A DNA stretch of 64,000 bases from Anaerolineales bacterium (lineage in GTDB: Bacteria > Chloroflexota > Anaerolineae > Anaerolineales > UBA4823). The position numbers and the translations under genes are program-made. How positions within the stretch are numbered: the first letter of the stretch is position 1; each line of letters starts with the position of its first letter. This document shows, piece by piece, positions 55,643 to 64,000 of this stretch. The stretch lies in NCBI GenBank assembly GCA_035341015.1, contig DAOQUL010000001.1, positions 61,532 to 125,531 on the forward strand, in the 5' to 3' direction. The notes beneath the pieces were generated by a model. That model saw nothing but the letters and a program-made list of their open reading frames with translations. It was not told where the DNA came from and did not search any database.

Positions 55643-57517
55643 TCAATAGTGGGTCAGGCTGCCATCCTGGCGGGCGCGCCGCACGGCAAACCTAAAACTG
55701 GCCAGGCTGATTGGAAGCAATATGGCGCTGAAGGCCAATAGAGCCAGGGTTTGGTTCCCCAGGTTGTTTATGGCTGCCCCATTAAGAATGGCTTGCCTGA
55801 GCCCATCCAAGGCGTATGTTACCGGTATCAGACCGGCGGCCAACTGAAGCCAGGCAGGCAAGATGGTAACCGGGTAATAGACCCCGCCCAACAGGGTAGC
55901 GACCGAGTCGAAAATCCAGGTTACCGGTTGGCCGCGCTTGAGCACCATGATAAAGCTGGCGGCTATCACGCCCAGGCTGCTGAACGAGATAATGGTTAAC
56001 ATCAGCAATACCAAGACACTGATCAGGTTCGTCTGCGAGAGATCTACACCAAGCAGCATGTCCCCGATGCCCAAATAAATCAAGGCTCTGAAAGTGGTCA
56101 TCAAGTAGCTCCACAGTGATGAGGCAAAAATGATGGCCGAGATTGATGTAGGGGTGGTCAGCATGGCTTCAAGGGTGCCTGTTGTTTGAGCCAGGCGCAA
56201 GCTGGATGTGAAGCTTGTCAACCCGGTGCCGAAATAGCCTGAAACTGCCAGGCCGATGAGTACGAAGGCAAAATAATCGCCCTGGTAACTGGACAAGAAA
56301 GGCACTGCTGCTGAGCCGATCAACTGCGCAATGAAGTAGAAAGCCAGGATCGATATGAAGATGCTGAAAAACTGAAAAAAGAAAGCAAAGCGATAGCTGA
56401 GCTCTTCGGCAAAATCGCGCCGGATAAATGCAGCGATGACACGCGCGGTTTGCCTGAGGTCGAATTTACGCCTGGGGGAAGTGGTGAGGGGCGCGGGAAG
56501 CGGATCCTGATCGAGAGGTTCGGTTTGTTGATGGGTATGCTGTCGTTGGGTGAGGCGGCTGAAGATCTTGTCAAGAGAGGCTTCAGAAGATGTGATGTTG
56601 AGAATCCGGCCGCCCTGGTCTTGAAGATTTTCGAGAACCGTGCACAGGGTATTTGGCGCAGGTGTGTCGAACTGGATTTCGGCAGTTTGATCTTCTTTTG
56701 TTGAGATGACAAGCTGATCGAGCCCGTTGAGCTGGGCTTGCAGGGCGGGTGACCAGTGGCGAACCTGGATGGTATGGCGGCCAACCATGTTGAGCTGACC
56801 ACGCAGTTCTTGTACTGTGCCACAGCCTTGAACACGCCCGTGATGCATAATGGCTACCCGATCGCACAGGCGCTCTACATCGGTAAGGCTGTGCGTGGTC
56901 AACAGGATGGTGATCCCTTGCTGGCTGGTGAGTTGGCGGACCAAAGTGTAAAGCTGCTGCGTCGCAGACCAGTCTAACCCTTTGGTGGGCTCATCTAAAA
57001 ACAGCAACTGGGGTTGAACCAACAAGGCTCGAGCAAGCGAAAGACGCTGGCGCATGCCGGTGGAGTAGGTCTGAAAACGAGAGTCAATGAATTCTTGTAG
57101 ACCAACCTGTTCGCTGACCTGTGTGATGCGTTCATTGATGGTCGTGGTCGGGAGGCCAGAAAGGGCAGCAAAGAATTCCAGGTTGTGGCGCCCCGTCAGC
57201 CGCCAGTAAAAACTGCGTTCATCGCTCGTCACCAGGCCGATCGATTGTTTGACGGCCGCGTCATTGTCCAGGTCATAGCCGTTGACCAGGGCAGTTCCAG
57301 AGGAGGGGATGATCAGGGTTGACAGCAGTTTGACCAGGGTGGTTTTCCCGGCTCCATTTGGCCCAATCAGCCCAAACAGCTCGCCTGATTTCACCTGAAG
57401 CGTAACCTGGTCTACAGCCAGGTGTTGAGAGACCTGGCTGCCAGGCAGCAAAGCGCGCCAACCTTGTGTAGATGGGAAGGCTTTCGAAAGGTGGTGGGTT
57501 TGAATGGCGTAAGTCAC
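55643..57517 (-). CDS. fused ABC transporter: N-terminal ATPase plus C-terminal ABC-2-type permease
   Basis: Has GPNGAGKTT, YSTGMRQRLSLARAL (signature variant) and LLFLDEPTKGLD. A ~60-aa linker is followed by six TM helices. Confidence 0.85.
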   Translation of the reverse strand: MTYAIQTHHLSKAFPSTQGWRALLPGSQVSQHLAVDQVTLQVKSGELFGLIGPNGAGKTTLVKLLSTLIIPSSGTALVNGYDLDNDAAVKQSIGLVTSDERSFYWRLTGRHNLEFFAALSGLPTTTINERITQVSEQVGLQEFIDSRFQTYSTGMRQRLSLARALLVQPQLLFLDEPTKGLDWSATQQLYTLVRQLTSQQGITILLTTHSLTDVERLCDRVAIMHHGRVQGCGTVQELRGQLNMVGRHTIQVRHWSPALQAQLNGLDQLVISTKEDQTAEIQFDTPAPNTLCTVLENLQDQGGRILNITSSEASLDKIFSRLTQRQHTHQQTEPLDQDPLPAPLTTSPRRKFDLRQTARVIAAFIRRDFAEELSYRFAFFFQFFSIFISILAFYFIAQLIGSAAVPFLSSYQGDYFAFVLIGLAVSGYFGTGLTSFTSSLRLAQTTGTLEAMLTTPTSISAIIFASSLWSYLMTTFRALIYLGIGDMLLGVDLSQTNLISVLVLLMLTIISFSSLGVIAASFIMVLKRGQPVTWIFDSVATLLGGVYYPVTILPAWLQLAAGLIPVTYALDGLRQAILNGAAINNLGNQTLALLAFSAILLPISLASFRFAVRRARQDGSLTHY

Positions 57518-57634
57518 GGCGCGATCATCTCTTTAGGTCCGAATTGACTGGGTAATCTCGCAGACCCTATTATAGTTGTAAATCGGCTCGAAGACCCTTA
57601 TGATTGCAAGTTTGTTTTGTGCCGGATTGGATGC

Positions 57635-57663
57635 TTGCGCGGCGGTGGGTTGTTGCTTATAAT
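57635..57663 (+). promoter_or_regulatory. sigma70-type promoter: TTGCGC-17 nt-TATAAT upstream of the first zinc-ribbon gene
   Basis: -35 at 57635-57640, -10 at 57658-57663, ATG at 57680. This implies a very short leader with no SD. Confidence 0.5.
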
Positions 57664-57679
57664 CAGGCCAGGTGACCCT

Positions 57680-58963
57680 ATGAATAAAACATTCCCTCCG
57701 CCCGGTTATATATCAACCGAGTCGCTGGTGACGGGTATTGAAGTTTATAAACCTGCACCGGTCAAGATTGAAGATGAACGAGAAACGGTTGAATTCAAGT
57801 GTCCACAGTGTGGCGCTACTACCGCCTACAGCGTGGTTGATGGCGGCCTGACCTGCACCCATTGCGGTTATTATGACGCGCCGCAAAAGCCGGTGGTGGG
57901 CAAGCAGGCCGGTGAGATGGAATTCACCCCGCAGGCACTGGCGCAGGCGTCATTGGGGTGGGGTGAAGAACGCAAAGAATTGGAGTGCCAGAGCTGCGGG
58001 GCAAGGACTCTGGTGCCTTCTGAATCTTTGGCCCATACCTGCGTTTTTTGCGGTTCAAATAAAGTGATCCAACGCATGGCGTCTCAAGATAATCTCCGGC
58101 CGCGTTTTTTGATCCCGTTCAAAGTGGCGATGGAAAAATGCCAGGGCATTACACGCCAATGGCTGGGATCGAGCTGGATGACGCCTGCCAGCTTGAAGCA
58201 GGTGGCCGGGCTAAATGCCTTTGCGGCTGTTTACCTGCCATTTTGGACCTTTGATTCGACCACAGACGCCAATTGGCGGGCAGAGGTGGGGCATCAAGAA
58301 ACCGAAAGTTACTATGATGCCGGCGATAAAGAATGGAAAACGCGCACCGTCACAGTTTGGCGCTGGGAATCGGGCAAAGTGCAGTTGAAGATTGACGACC
58401 TGCTGGTCGGTGGCACTGCCAAGCTCAGCACGATCCTGTTGGACAAGATCAAGTCCTTTAATTTGAACGAGCTGGTGGATTACGATCCGAAATACCTGGC
58501 CGGTTTCCACGCCCGTGCTTATGACTTGCCTCTGGAAAAGGCCTGGGAGATCGCCAGGCAGCAAATGCGCGAGGCCACGCGCAATGCCTGCCGCGAACAG
58601 GCCAGCACCTCACAGATCCGCAGCTTCAGCATGAACCTGGATTTTAGCGATGAAACCTGGCGCTATGTACTGCTGCCGACTTATGTGGCGGCATATCGCT
58701 ATGAGGAGAAAATTTTTCAGGTGATCATTAACGGCCAGACTGGCGAAATCACGGGGCAACGACCCGTGGATTGGGCAAAGGTGTGGCTGGCAATTGCGGC
58801 ACTTTTGGCGCCCGGATTGTTATTGGGCTTGATCGGCCTGGTTACGCTGCCCTTGGGCGGCCTGGGCGTGATCATTGGTGGGATTGGTTTTGTGTTATTG
58901 GTGGCTGGTATTGTGATTGCGATCATAATTGGGGTACAAGCCAACCGAATGGGTGAGGCGTGA
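57680..58963 (+). CDS. double zinc-ribbon protein with conserved central domain and C-terminal TM hairpin (unknown function), paralog 1
   Basis: Has CPQCG..x16..CTHCG and CQSCG..x17..CVFCG, then a central YLPFWTFD... region, then ...YRYEEKIFQVIINGQTGEITGQRP, and two C-terminal TM helices. Confidence 0.7.
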   Translation: MNKTFPPPGYISTESLVTGIEVYKPAPVKIEDERETVEFKCPQCGATTAYSVVDGGLTCTHCGYYDAPQKPVVGKQAGEMEFTPQALAQASLGWGEERKELECQSCGARTLVPSESLAHTCVFCGSNKVIQRMASQDNLRPRFLIPFKVAMEKCQGITRQWLGSSWMTPASLKQVAGLNAFAAVYLPFWTFDSTTDANWRAEVGHQETESYYDAGDKEWKTRTVTVWRWESGKVQLKIDDLLVGGTAKLSTILLDKIKSFNLNELVDYDPKYLAGFHARAYDLPLEKAWEIARQQMREATRNACREQASTSQIRSFSMNLDFSDETWRYVLLPTYVAAYRYEEKIFQVIINGQTGEITGQRPVDWAKVWLAIAALLAPGLLLGLIGLVTLPLGGLGVIIGGIGFVLLVAGIVIAIIIGVQANRMGEA

Positions 58964-58982
58964 GGAACAGGGAGCGGCGAAC

Positions 58983-60101
58983 ATGATGATGGCAGATGGT
59001 GGCAATACATCGAGTACAGTAAATGAACTCTCGAACCTGTGGGGCGAGACGGTTGACCTGATGGTGTGCGAGTCTTGCGATTGGCGTTACGTGCTGCCAC
59101 AGGGCGTGCTGCCCCAACGCTGCCCAAATTGTTTCAACGGCGACCTGAAGCTTTTGACGCCCGGCCCAGAAATCCAGACGGTTTGCAGCCGGCCCCCTGA
59201 GTCGTACTTGCCCTTCAGTGTGTCCATGGAGCGAGTACTCCAAAATATTCAAGAATTTGCTAGTGGGCCATGGTTCGCCCCGGCCGATTTAAATCCCGCC
59301 ACGCTGCGTCAACGCCTGAAGCGTGTGTATTGGCCGATGTGGTTGGTCGACTGCAATGTGCGGGCAGCCTGGGAAGCTGAGGCTGGTTATGACTATGAGG
59401 TGGTCAGCCACCAGGATCGTTATAGTGACAGCCAGGCCGGTTGGACCTCGCAGGAGATCAAGGAGACGCGTGTGCGTTGGGAACCGCGTGCTGGGCGGCT
59501 CGAGCGGTCGTATACCAATATCCCGGCCCCGGCGCTAGAAGGTCACCGGCAGTTGGTGAACCGGGTGCGTCGTTTTCAATTGGAGCAAGCCCAGCCGTAC
59601 AGTCAGGATGCGCTTAGGCAAGCTTTTGTGCGCGTGCCCGATCGGTCGGTTGAAGACGCCTGGCCTGATGCCGCCCCTGCGGTTCAAGATGCGGCGGCAG
59701 ACGAGTGCCGTAAGGCGGCAAATGCCGAGCATATACGCCAATTCCAATGGACGCCTGATTATCAAAACCTTAATTGGACCTTGCTGTTACTGCCAGTTTT
59801 CACAACCTATTATTTGGATGATGATCAAAAACCTCAACAAATATTGATCCATGGGCAAAATGGGTACTTGAGTGGTGTGAAGCGGGCATCCATGAAGCGC
59901 GCTCAGAAAACAGCGCTTTATATTGCCATTGCGGCAATGGTGGTGTTTGTTTTGAGTTTGTTAGTCTCGGGAATTGGGCTGGTAATCCCGCCGTTGCTGG
60001 CGGTGGGAGGAATTGGAATTGTGGCGGCGGTCTTGTTAGGTGCCGGGGCGATCATGCCGTTGGCCATTGCCTGGCAGGTCAACCGCTCTGCTAAAGATTG
60101 A
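58983..60101 (+). CDS. zinc-ribbon protein with the same central domain and C-terminal TM hairpin, paralog 2
   Basis: Has a single ribbon CESCD..x15..CPNC, then YWPMWLVD..., then ...YYLDDDQKPQQILIHGQNGYLSGVKRAS. It is collinear with paralog 1 and ends in a TM hairpin. Confidence 0.65.
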   Translation: MMMADGGNTSSTVNELSNLWGETVDLMVCESCDWRYVLPQGVLPQRCPNCFNGDLKLLTPGPEIQTVCSRPPESYLPFSVSMERVLQNIQEFASGPWFAPADLNPATLRQRLKRVYWPMWLVDCNVRAAWEAEAGYDYEVVSHQDRYSDSQAGWTSQEIKETRVRWEPRAGRLERSYTNIPAPALEGHRQLVNRVRRFQLEQAQPYSQDALRQAFVRVPDRSVEDAWPDAAPAVQDAAADECRKAANAEHIRQFQWTPDYQNLNWTLLLLPVFTTYYLDDDQKPQQILIHGQNGYLSGVKRASMKRAQKTALYIAIAAMVVFVLSLLVSGIGLVIPPLLAVGGIGIVAAVLLGAGAIMPLAIAWQVNRSAKD

Positions 60102-60915
60102 TGTCCGCCTTGATGGCAGGGATCTTTGCTTCGGCGGCCTTTTGCCCCAGCTCGATCAGTTCCTGGCCCTTAGAAAAGCGCAGGTAACTCTTGCCAGCCA
60201 GGGCTGGTGAGATGATGCAATCGGCCTCGTCAACACCTCTCCCAGCGTGACGGGCCATCATTTCGAGTGCATTGAGCCCATACCCAATGACCCCCAGGCT
60301 GCGACGCAGTTTGGGGGTCAATATATCTACGCCAATCACATAATCGGCGCCCATTGCACGCGCGGTTGACACGGGTACACTGTTCAACAGGGTGCCATCG
60401 GCCAGCAAACGGCCGTCGATGCGTACAGGGGCGGCAAAACCAGGTACTGTGCTGCTGGCATGGATAGCTGGCGCTAAGCGCCCCTTGTTCAGTGTGACCA
60501 GGCAGTCGTTTTCAATGTCGATGGCTTCAACCGCAAGCGGAATTTTGAGATCTTCAAACCTCAAGTCACCAGCCTGGCTGATGAGCCATTTTTCCATCCT
60601 GTCAAATTTTAACGCTCCACTCAGAGGCAAGGTTGGGCTGACCAATTTTTGCCATTTCATGCCCAGGCCCAACTCTTTCAGTTTTTCAATACCAATTCCT
60701 GCGCAATAGGCGGCCCCAATGATGGCCCCGGCGCTGGTTCCGGCAACATAGTGGATTGGGATATTTTCTCTGATCAGAACTTCCAACACGCCAATGTGTG
60801 CCAGGCCTCTGGCGACCCCTCCGCCCAGGGCAAGGCCAACGCGCGGGGATGGGTTTTGAAATGACCCCCGGTTGAGGGGGTCATTTCTAGAAAGCTTTTG
60901 TTCAGAAAACACCAT
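60091..60915 (-). CDS. patatin-like phospholipase
   Basis: Has GGGVARGLAHIGV (oxyanion hole), GTSAG (nucleophile Ser) and DGT (catalytic Asp). TAATG overlap with the upstream ATP-grasp gene. Confidence 0.85.
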   Translation of the reverse strand: MVFSEQKLSRNDPLNRGSFQNPSPRVGLALGGGVARGLAHIGVLEVLIRENIPIHYVAGTSAGAIIGAAYCAGIGIEKLKELGLGMKWQKLVSPTLPLSGALKFDRMEKWLISQAGDLRFEDLKIPLAVEAIDIENDCLVTLNKGRLAPAIHASSTVPGFAAPVRIDGRLLADGTLLNSVPVSTARAMGADYVIGVDILTPKLRRSLGVIGYGLNALEMMARHAGRGVDEADCIISPALAGKSYLRFSKGQELIELGQKAAEAKIPAIKADINL

Positions 60916-61973
60916 TACATGCCATAGCGCTCGAAGGCGGCTTCCAGGATCATGTTGACCAGGTGGGCGTGACCAACGCCTTCGGCTGCGGCCTCGATCA
61001 CCAGGTCAGAAATTCCAGGCGAGAGACCCGGTAGGGGGTTGATCTCAAGAATGTAGGGTTTCAGGTTATCGTTGGCATCCAGGCGGAAGTCCACACGCGA
61101 GACATCCAGGGCCCCAGTAACACGGAAAACCGCCGCTGTTAACCAGTTCAACTCGTCCACCATATCGTCGTCAAGCGGGGCCGGGCAGAGGTAGTTCAAC
61201 TGATCTGCCATCTCTACCTTGAGGCGATTGCTGTAAACCGTATCGGTGCTTTCAAAGGGTTTCAGATCCACTTCCATGGGCGGGAAGAAGCGCAGGCCAG
61301 CCTGTACACGCGGTGCATCTTCATTGTCGGGCAGGCGGCGCGAAACAGGGCCAATCAGGTTCCCAATCAGGCCGACGGTTACCTCGCGGCCTTCGATGTA
61401 ATGTTCCACAAGTGCCGTTTGCTTGTAACGATTCAGGATGTACGCTATCTGCTCGCGCATTTCGTCTTCATTGTGCACGATAGATTTTGCAGATACGCCC
61501 ATGCCGGTGCCTTCGCGGCTGGGCTTAACAAAGAGGGGAAAGTGCATATCTGGCGCCAGGGGTTCATCAACGCGTTCAAAGGATTGGAAGTTCGGCGTAG
61601 GTAGATCGTGATAGGTCAGCACGCGCTTGGTCATCGATTTATCCAATGCCAACGCCAGGGTCAATACCTTTGAGCCAGTGTAGCGGAGGCGCATCATTTC
61701 CAATATTGCCGGTACCTGGGCTTCGCGCGAATCGCCAAAGTGGCCCTCGCAAATATTGAAGCAAATGTCTGGCTTATACTTGGGTAGTGTTTCAAATAGC
61801 GAAGAATCCCCCTCGAAAAACTCGCAAGCATTTCCTCCCGCGCGCACAGCCTCCATCAGCGCATTGATCGTCTTTTCAGAATCCAAATCATCCCATTGAT
61901 CTTGGGCCATACCTTCAAACTTGGGCGCATTTACCTTGAGATTGGCAAGCAAGGCAACCCGGTATTTTTTCAT
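60915..61973 (-). CDS. ATP-grasp enzyme of the D-alanine--D-alanine ligase family (substrate unknown)
   Basis: 352 aa. It reads RVALLAN... in the N-domain, then GSKVLTLALALDKSMTK, FPLFVKPSREGTGMGVS, EHYIEGREVTV and a C-terminal EINPLPGL. Confidence 0.8.
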   Translation of the reverse strand: MKKYRVALLANLKVNAPKFEGMAQDQWDDLDSEKTINALMEAVRAGGNACEFFEGDSSLFETLPKYKPDICFNICEGHFGDSREAQVPAILEMMRLRYTGSKVLTLALALDKSMTKRVLTYHDLPTPNFQSFERVDEPLAPDMHFPLFVKPSREGTGMGVSAKSIVHNEDEMREQIAYILNRYKQTALVEHYIEGREVTVGLIGNLIGPVSRRLPDNEDAPRVQAGLRFFPPMEVDLKPFESTDTVYSNRLKVEMADQLNYLCPAPLDDDMVDELNWLTAAVFRVTGALDVSRVDFRLDANDNLKPYILEINPLPGLSPGISDLVIEAAAEGVGHAHLVNMILEAAFERYGM

Positions 61974-62074
61974 TCTTATCCTCTGTTATCTATGATAGGT
62001 ACATCTAGCTGCTTAATTCTATACCAATCCTACCTAGCGTCAATACATGTTGGATGAAGATTGACGTAAAATGC

Positions 62075-64000
62075 TCATTTGGGGAGGATCATCATCGGCG
62101 TTGATGCAGATCGTCCCCACGTGCTTGAGTCGTACATGGCGTACACCTCGGCGGGGAGCACGACAAAGGTGCCGCTGTGCGTGGCCCGCGCGAGGTAAGA
62201 GATGGTAATTGTCCCGGCAGAGACATTGGTTATAAAGAAGCTTACATGGTCAGGATAAATCTCTTTGTTGTTATACCCGAACGTTTCCCAGTTATAAACC
62301 GGTTGGCAAGAATCCCAGCAGTCTGAGCTTGTGGCAATGTGCGAGGTGGTATTGAGACTTTCGTTCAGCGCTTCGAGGCCCCCGGGGAGTTGATCCTCGA
62401 TGATAATGAAGGATGCATCTTTTTTGAACGTTACTTCCAGGGTCACCTGTACCAGTTGCCCGATCTGAATCTCTTGGGCTGAGCTGTCTGCTGTGGTATA
62501 GGTGCGTTCCACTTCAACGAAGCCGGCTGCGTCGATCTCGGCTTGGGGCAAGTAGATGCGGTTGACAATGGCATAATACAAACGGCCTTCGTCTTCAGTG
62601 GTGATGTGCAGCAGGCTGGCTCCGGTTTGGAGTTGGGTGGTTTGCAGTTCAAGGGTGATCGAGGGTTGTGTGCGCCCCAAAGAACCGGCCCCAATCTCAG
62701 TGCCGTTCAACTCGATGCGATACTCCGTTTCGGCATTGTCGTTTTGCAGAGAGAGCAAATGATCGGTGAGGGCGATAATGGTGAAGGACGTCTCATTGGT
62801 GCTGCCCCAGCCAGATGCCTGGCGCTGCCCCATCAGGTAGCGGACGATGCCGGGCACCAGGATGTTTTCGGGATCAAGCTGTGCAAAGGCATCCAGGGCC
62901 AGGGCCGTGCTGCGGATGGTAGAAGACATGGTCTTTTGGTGGTAATGACCATCCTCATTCGGTTGGGGCCAGTATACCAGCGTCCCGGTGTCTGCCTCGC
63001 TCACCACGGCATTCTGGGCCAATTCTTGCAAGACCTGGCGTGCAGTGTCGTCGTCACCGGCAGTGTGCAGGGCCAGGGCTAAGGCTGCCTGACTGAATGT
63101 ATCCAGGGTATAGTATTGGGCCGCCAGGGCCTGCGTGGCAGCGAGGTCGGCATAGCCGGCGATTGACAGGCTGTACAGCGCATAGGCCTGCGTGCGCGGA
63201 TCCATGAATTCAAGATTTTCTTTCAGTCGATTGGCGCCCCGTTCGATGACATTGGGGTCTACCTCATAACCAGCCTGGGCCGTGACCGATAGGCCAAACA
63301 CAACCCAGGCAGTCTGGTAATCATCGGTCTCGTCATCGTACCACCATCCCCAGCCGCCATCGTTGTGCTGCATGCCGTAAAGCATCTGCAATCCGGCATT
63401 GATCAAGCCTGGCAGTTCGGCCTCCAGGTTGGGGTTGCTGACCCCTAGCTGGTACAGAGCGCGGCCAATTACAGCGTTGGGTAGGGCGCGGCTCATGGTC
63501 TGCTCCACGCAGCCGTAAGGATAACCGGTGAGGTATTCTAATCCATCCAGTAGCGTACCCGCGGCTGAACGGCTGATACGGATTTGTACGCTGCTCATAT
63601 CCAGGGCACCAGGCGGCATCACCAGCGTGGTCAGGTATTCGCCAGAGAAATCGCCCACTTGCGTATAGACATCGGGGACGGCAAGCGGGTGAATCGTGAG
63701 GGGCAGGCGTACGGCGTCGCCGGATCCGCTGGCAGTGGTGGCGCTGATCGTGATCTCGGCATCACCGGCAGTCAGTGCGGTGACAGTCCAACTGACCACT
63801 TGAATTTCACCAGGCTGTAGAGAAATCGTTATGGGGTCGGGTTGGGCAATCGCCAGTGCATCGCCAGCATCCATCTCTACGATCAGGTCTTTGGCCGTGA
63901 GGCCGTAATTGTGAATGAGGGCCGATAACTCAACCTGGTCGCCGACGGTCAGGGCGGCAGGCAGGATAGGGCGGACAACCACCTCTTTTTGGGTGAGAAT
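62075..64000 (-). CDS. alpha-2-macroglobulin family protein, C-terminal part (5' end off-window)
   Basis: The frame stays open to the window edge. The thioester motif GCVEQ (CVEQ codons at 63500-63511) sits in YPYGCVEQTMSRALPN. An alpha/alpha-toroid TED-like region and a C-terminal receptor-binding-like domain follow. Confidence 0.85.
   Translation of the reverse strand: MLTQKEVVVRPILPAALTVGDQVELSALIHNYGLTAKDLIVEMDAGDALAIAQPDPITISLQPGEIQVVSWTVTALTAGDAEITISATTASGSGDAVRLPLTIHPLAVPDVYTQVGDFSGEYLTTLVMPPGALDMSSVQIRISRSAAGTLLDGLEYLTGYPYGCVEQTMSRALPNAVIGRALYQLGVSNPNLEAELPGLINAGLQMLYGMQHNDGGWGWWYDDETDDYQTAWVVFGLSVTAQAGYEVDPNVIERGANRLKENLEFMDPRTQAYALYSLSIAGYADLAATQALAAQYYTLDTFSQAALALALHTAGDDDTARQVLQELAQNAVVSEADTGTLVYWPQPNEDGHYHQKTMSSTIRSTALALDAFAQLDPENILVPGIVRYLMGQRQASGWGSTNETSFTIIALTDHLLSLQNDNAETEYRIELNGTEIGAGSLGRTQPSITLELQTTQLQTGASLLHITTEDEGRLYYAIVNRIYLPQAEIDAAGFVEVERTYTTADSSAQEIQIGQLVQVTLEVTFKKDASFIIIEDQLPGGLEALNESLNTTSHIATSSDCWDSCQPVYNWETFGYNNKEIYPDHVSFFITNVSAGTITISYLARATHSGTFVVLPAEVYAMYDSSTWGRSASTPMMILPK

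Overview
The window looks like an ordinary chromosomal segment from a moderately GC-rich bacterium. Gene content and protein style (Pro/Thr linkers, C25 peptidases, NACHT-HEAT protein, many leaderless-looking promoters) suggest Chloroflexota, possibly Anaerolineae-like; this is inference only. All family calls come from motifs read in the translated ORFs, and no database search was run. I support about 59 protein-coding genes, one tRNA-Pro(GGG), several intrinsic terminators and several sigma70-type promoters. I found no rRNA, CRISPR array, transposase or integrase. The main blocks, in order: (1) A phosphate/polyphosphate block (2949-11924) has phoU-pstB divergent from pstS-pstC-pstA-pstB-ppk2-ppk2-ppk1. 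(2) degV, an M42 peptidase, and atpA-atpG-atpD-atpC followed directly by mreB. (3) rex, obg, nadD, an alpha/beta hydrolase and a 1124-aa PAS/GAF/HD-GYP sensor. (4) Envelope and stress genes: M23 peptidase, tandem USP, tatA, DinB, an orphan receiver. (5) proS behind a terminator-containing leader, then a GH10 xylanase and a 2-hydroxyacid dehydrogenase. (6) A thiol-redox/envelope cluster (L,D-transpeptidase, ccdA, TlpA/ResA, Grx-DUF2085 fusion), then pgeF-yggS-yggT-DUF167. (7) A membrane NACHT-HEAT NTPase with a COG1579 zinc-ribbon protein. (8) The most unusual locus (45120-55642) combines an ECF sigma/anti-sigma pair, two gingipain-type C25 peptidases (one 1882 aa with 3 x 645-nt tandem repeats) and three paralogous membrane-anchored beta-sandwich proteins. 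(9) A fused ABC transporter, two tandem paralogous zinc-ribbon membrane proteins, an ATP-grasp-patatin pair and a partial alpha-2-macroglobulin. The best candidates for something undescribed are the C25/ECF locus, the complementary degenerate motifs in the two PstB copies, the proS leader (possible Pro-codon attenuator), the recurrent TATAAT-N5-9-ATG leaderless architecture, and the zinc-ribbon paralog pair.
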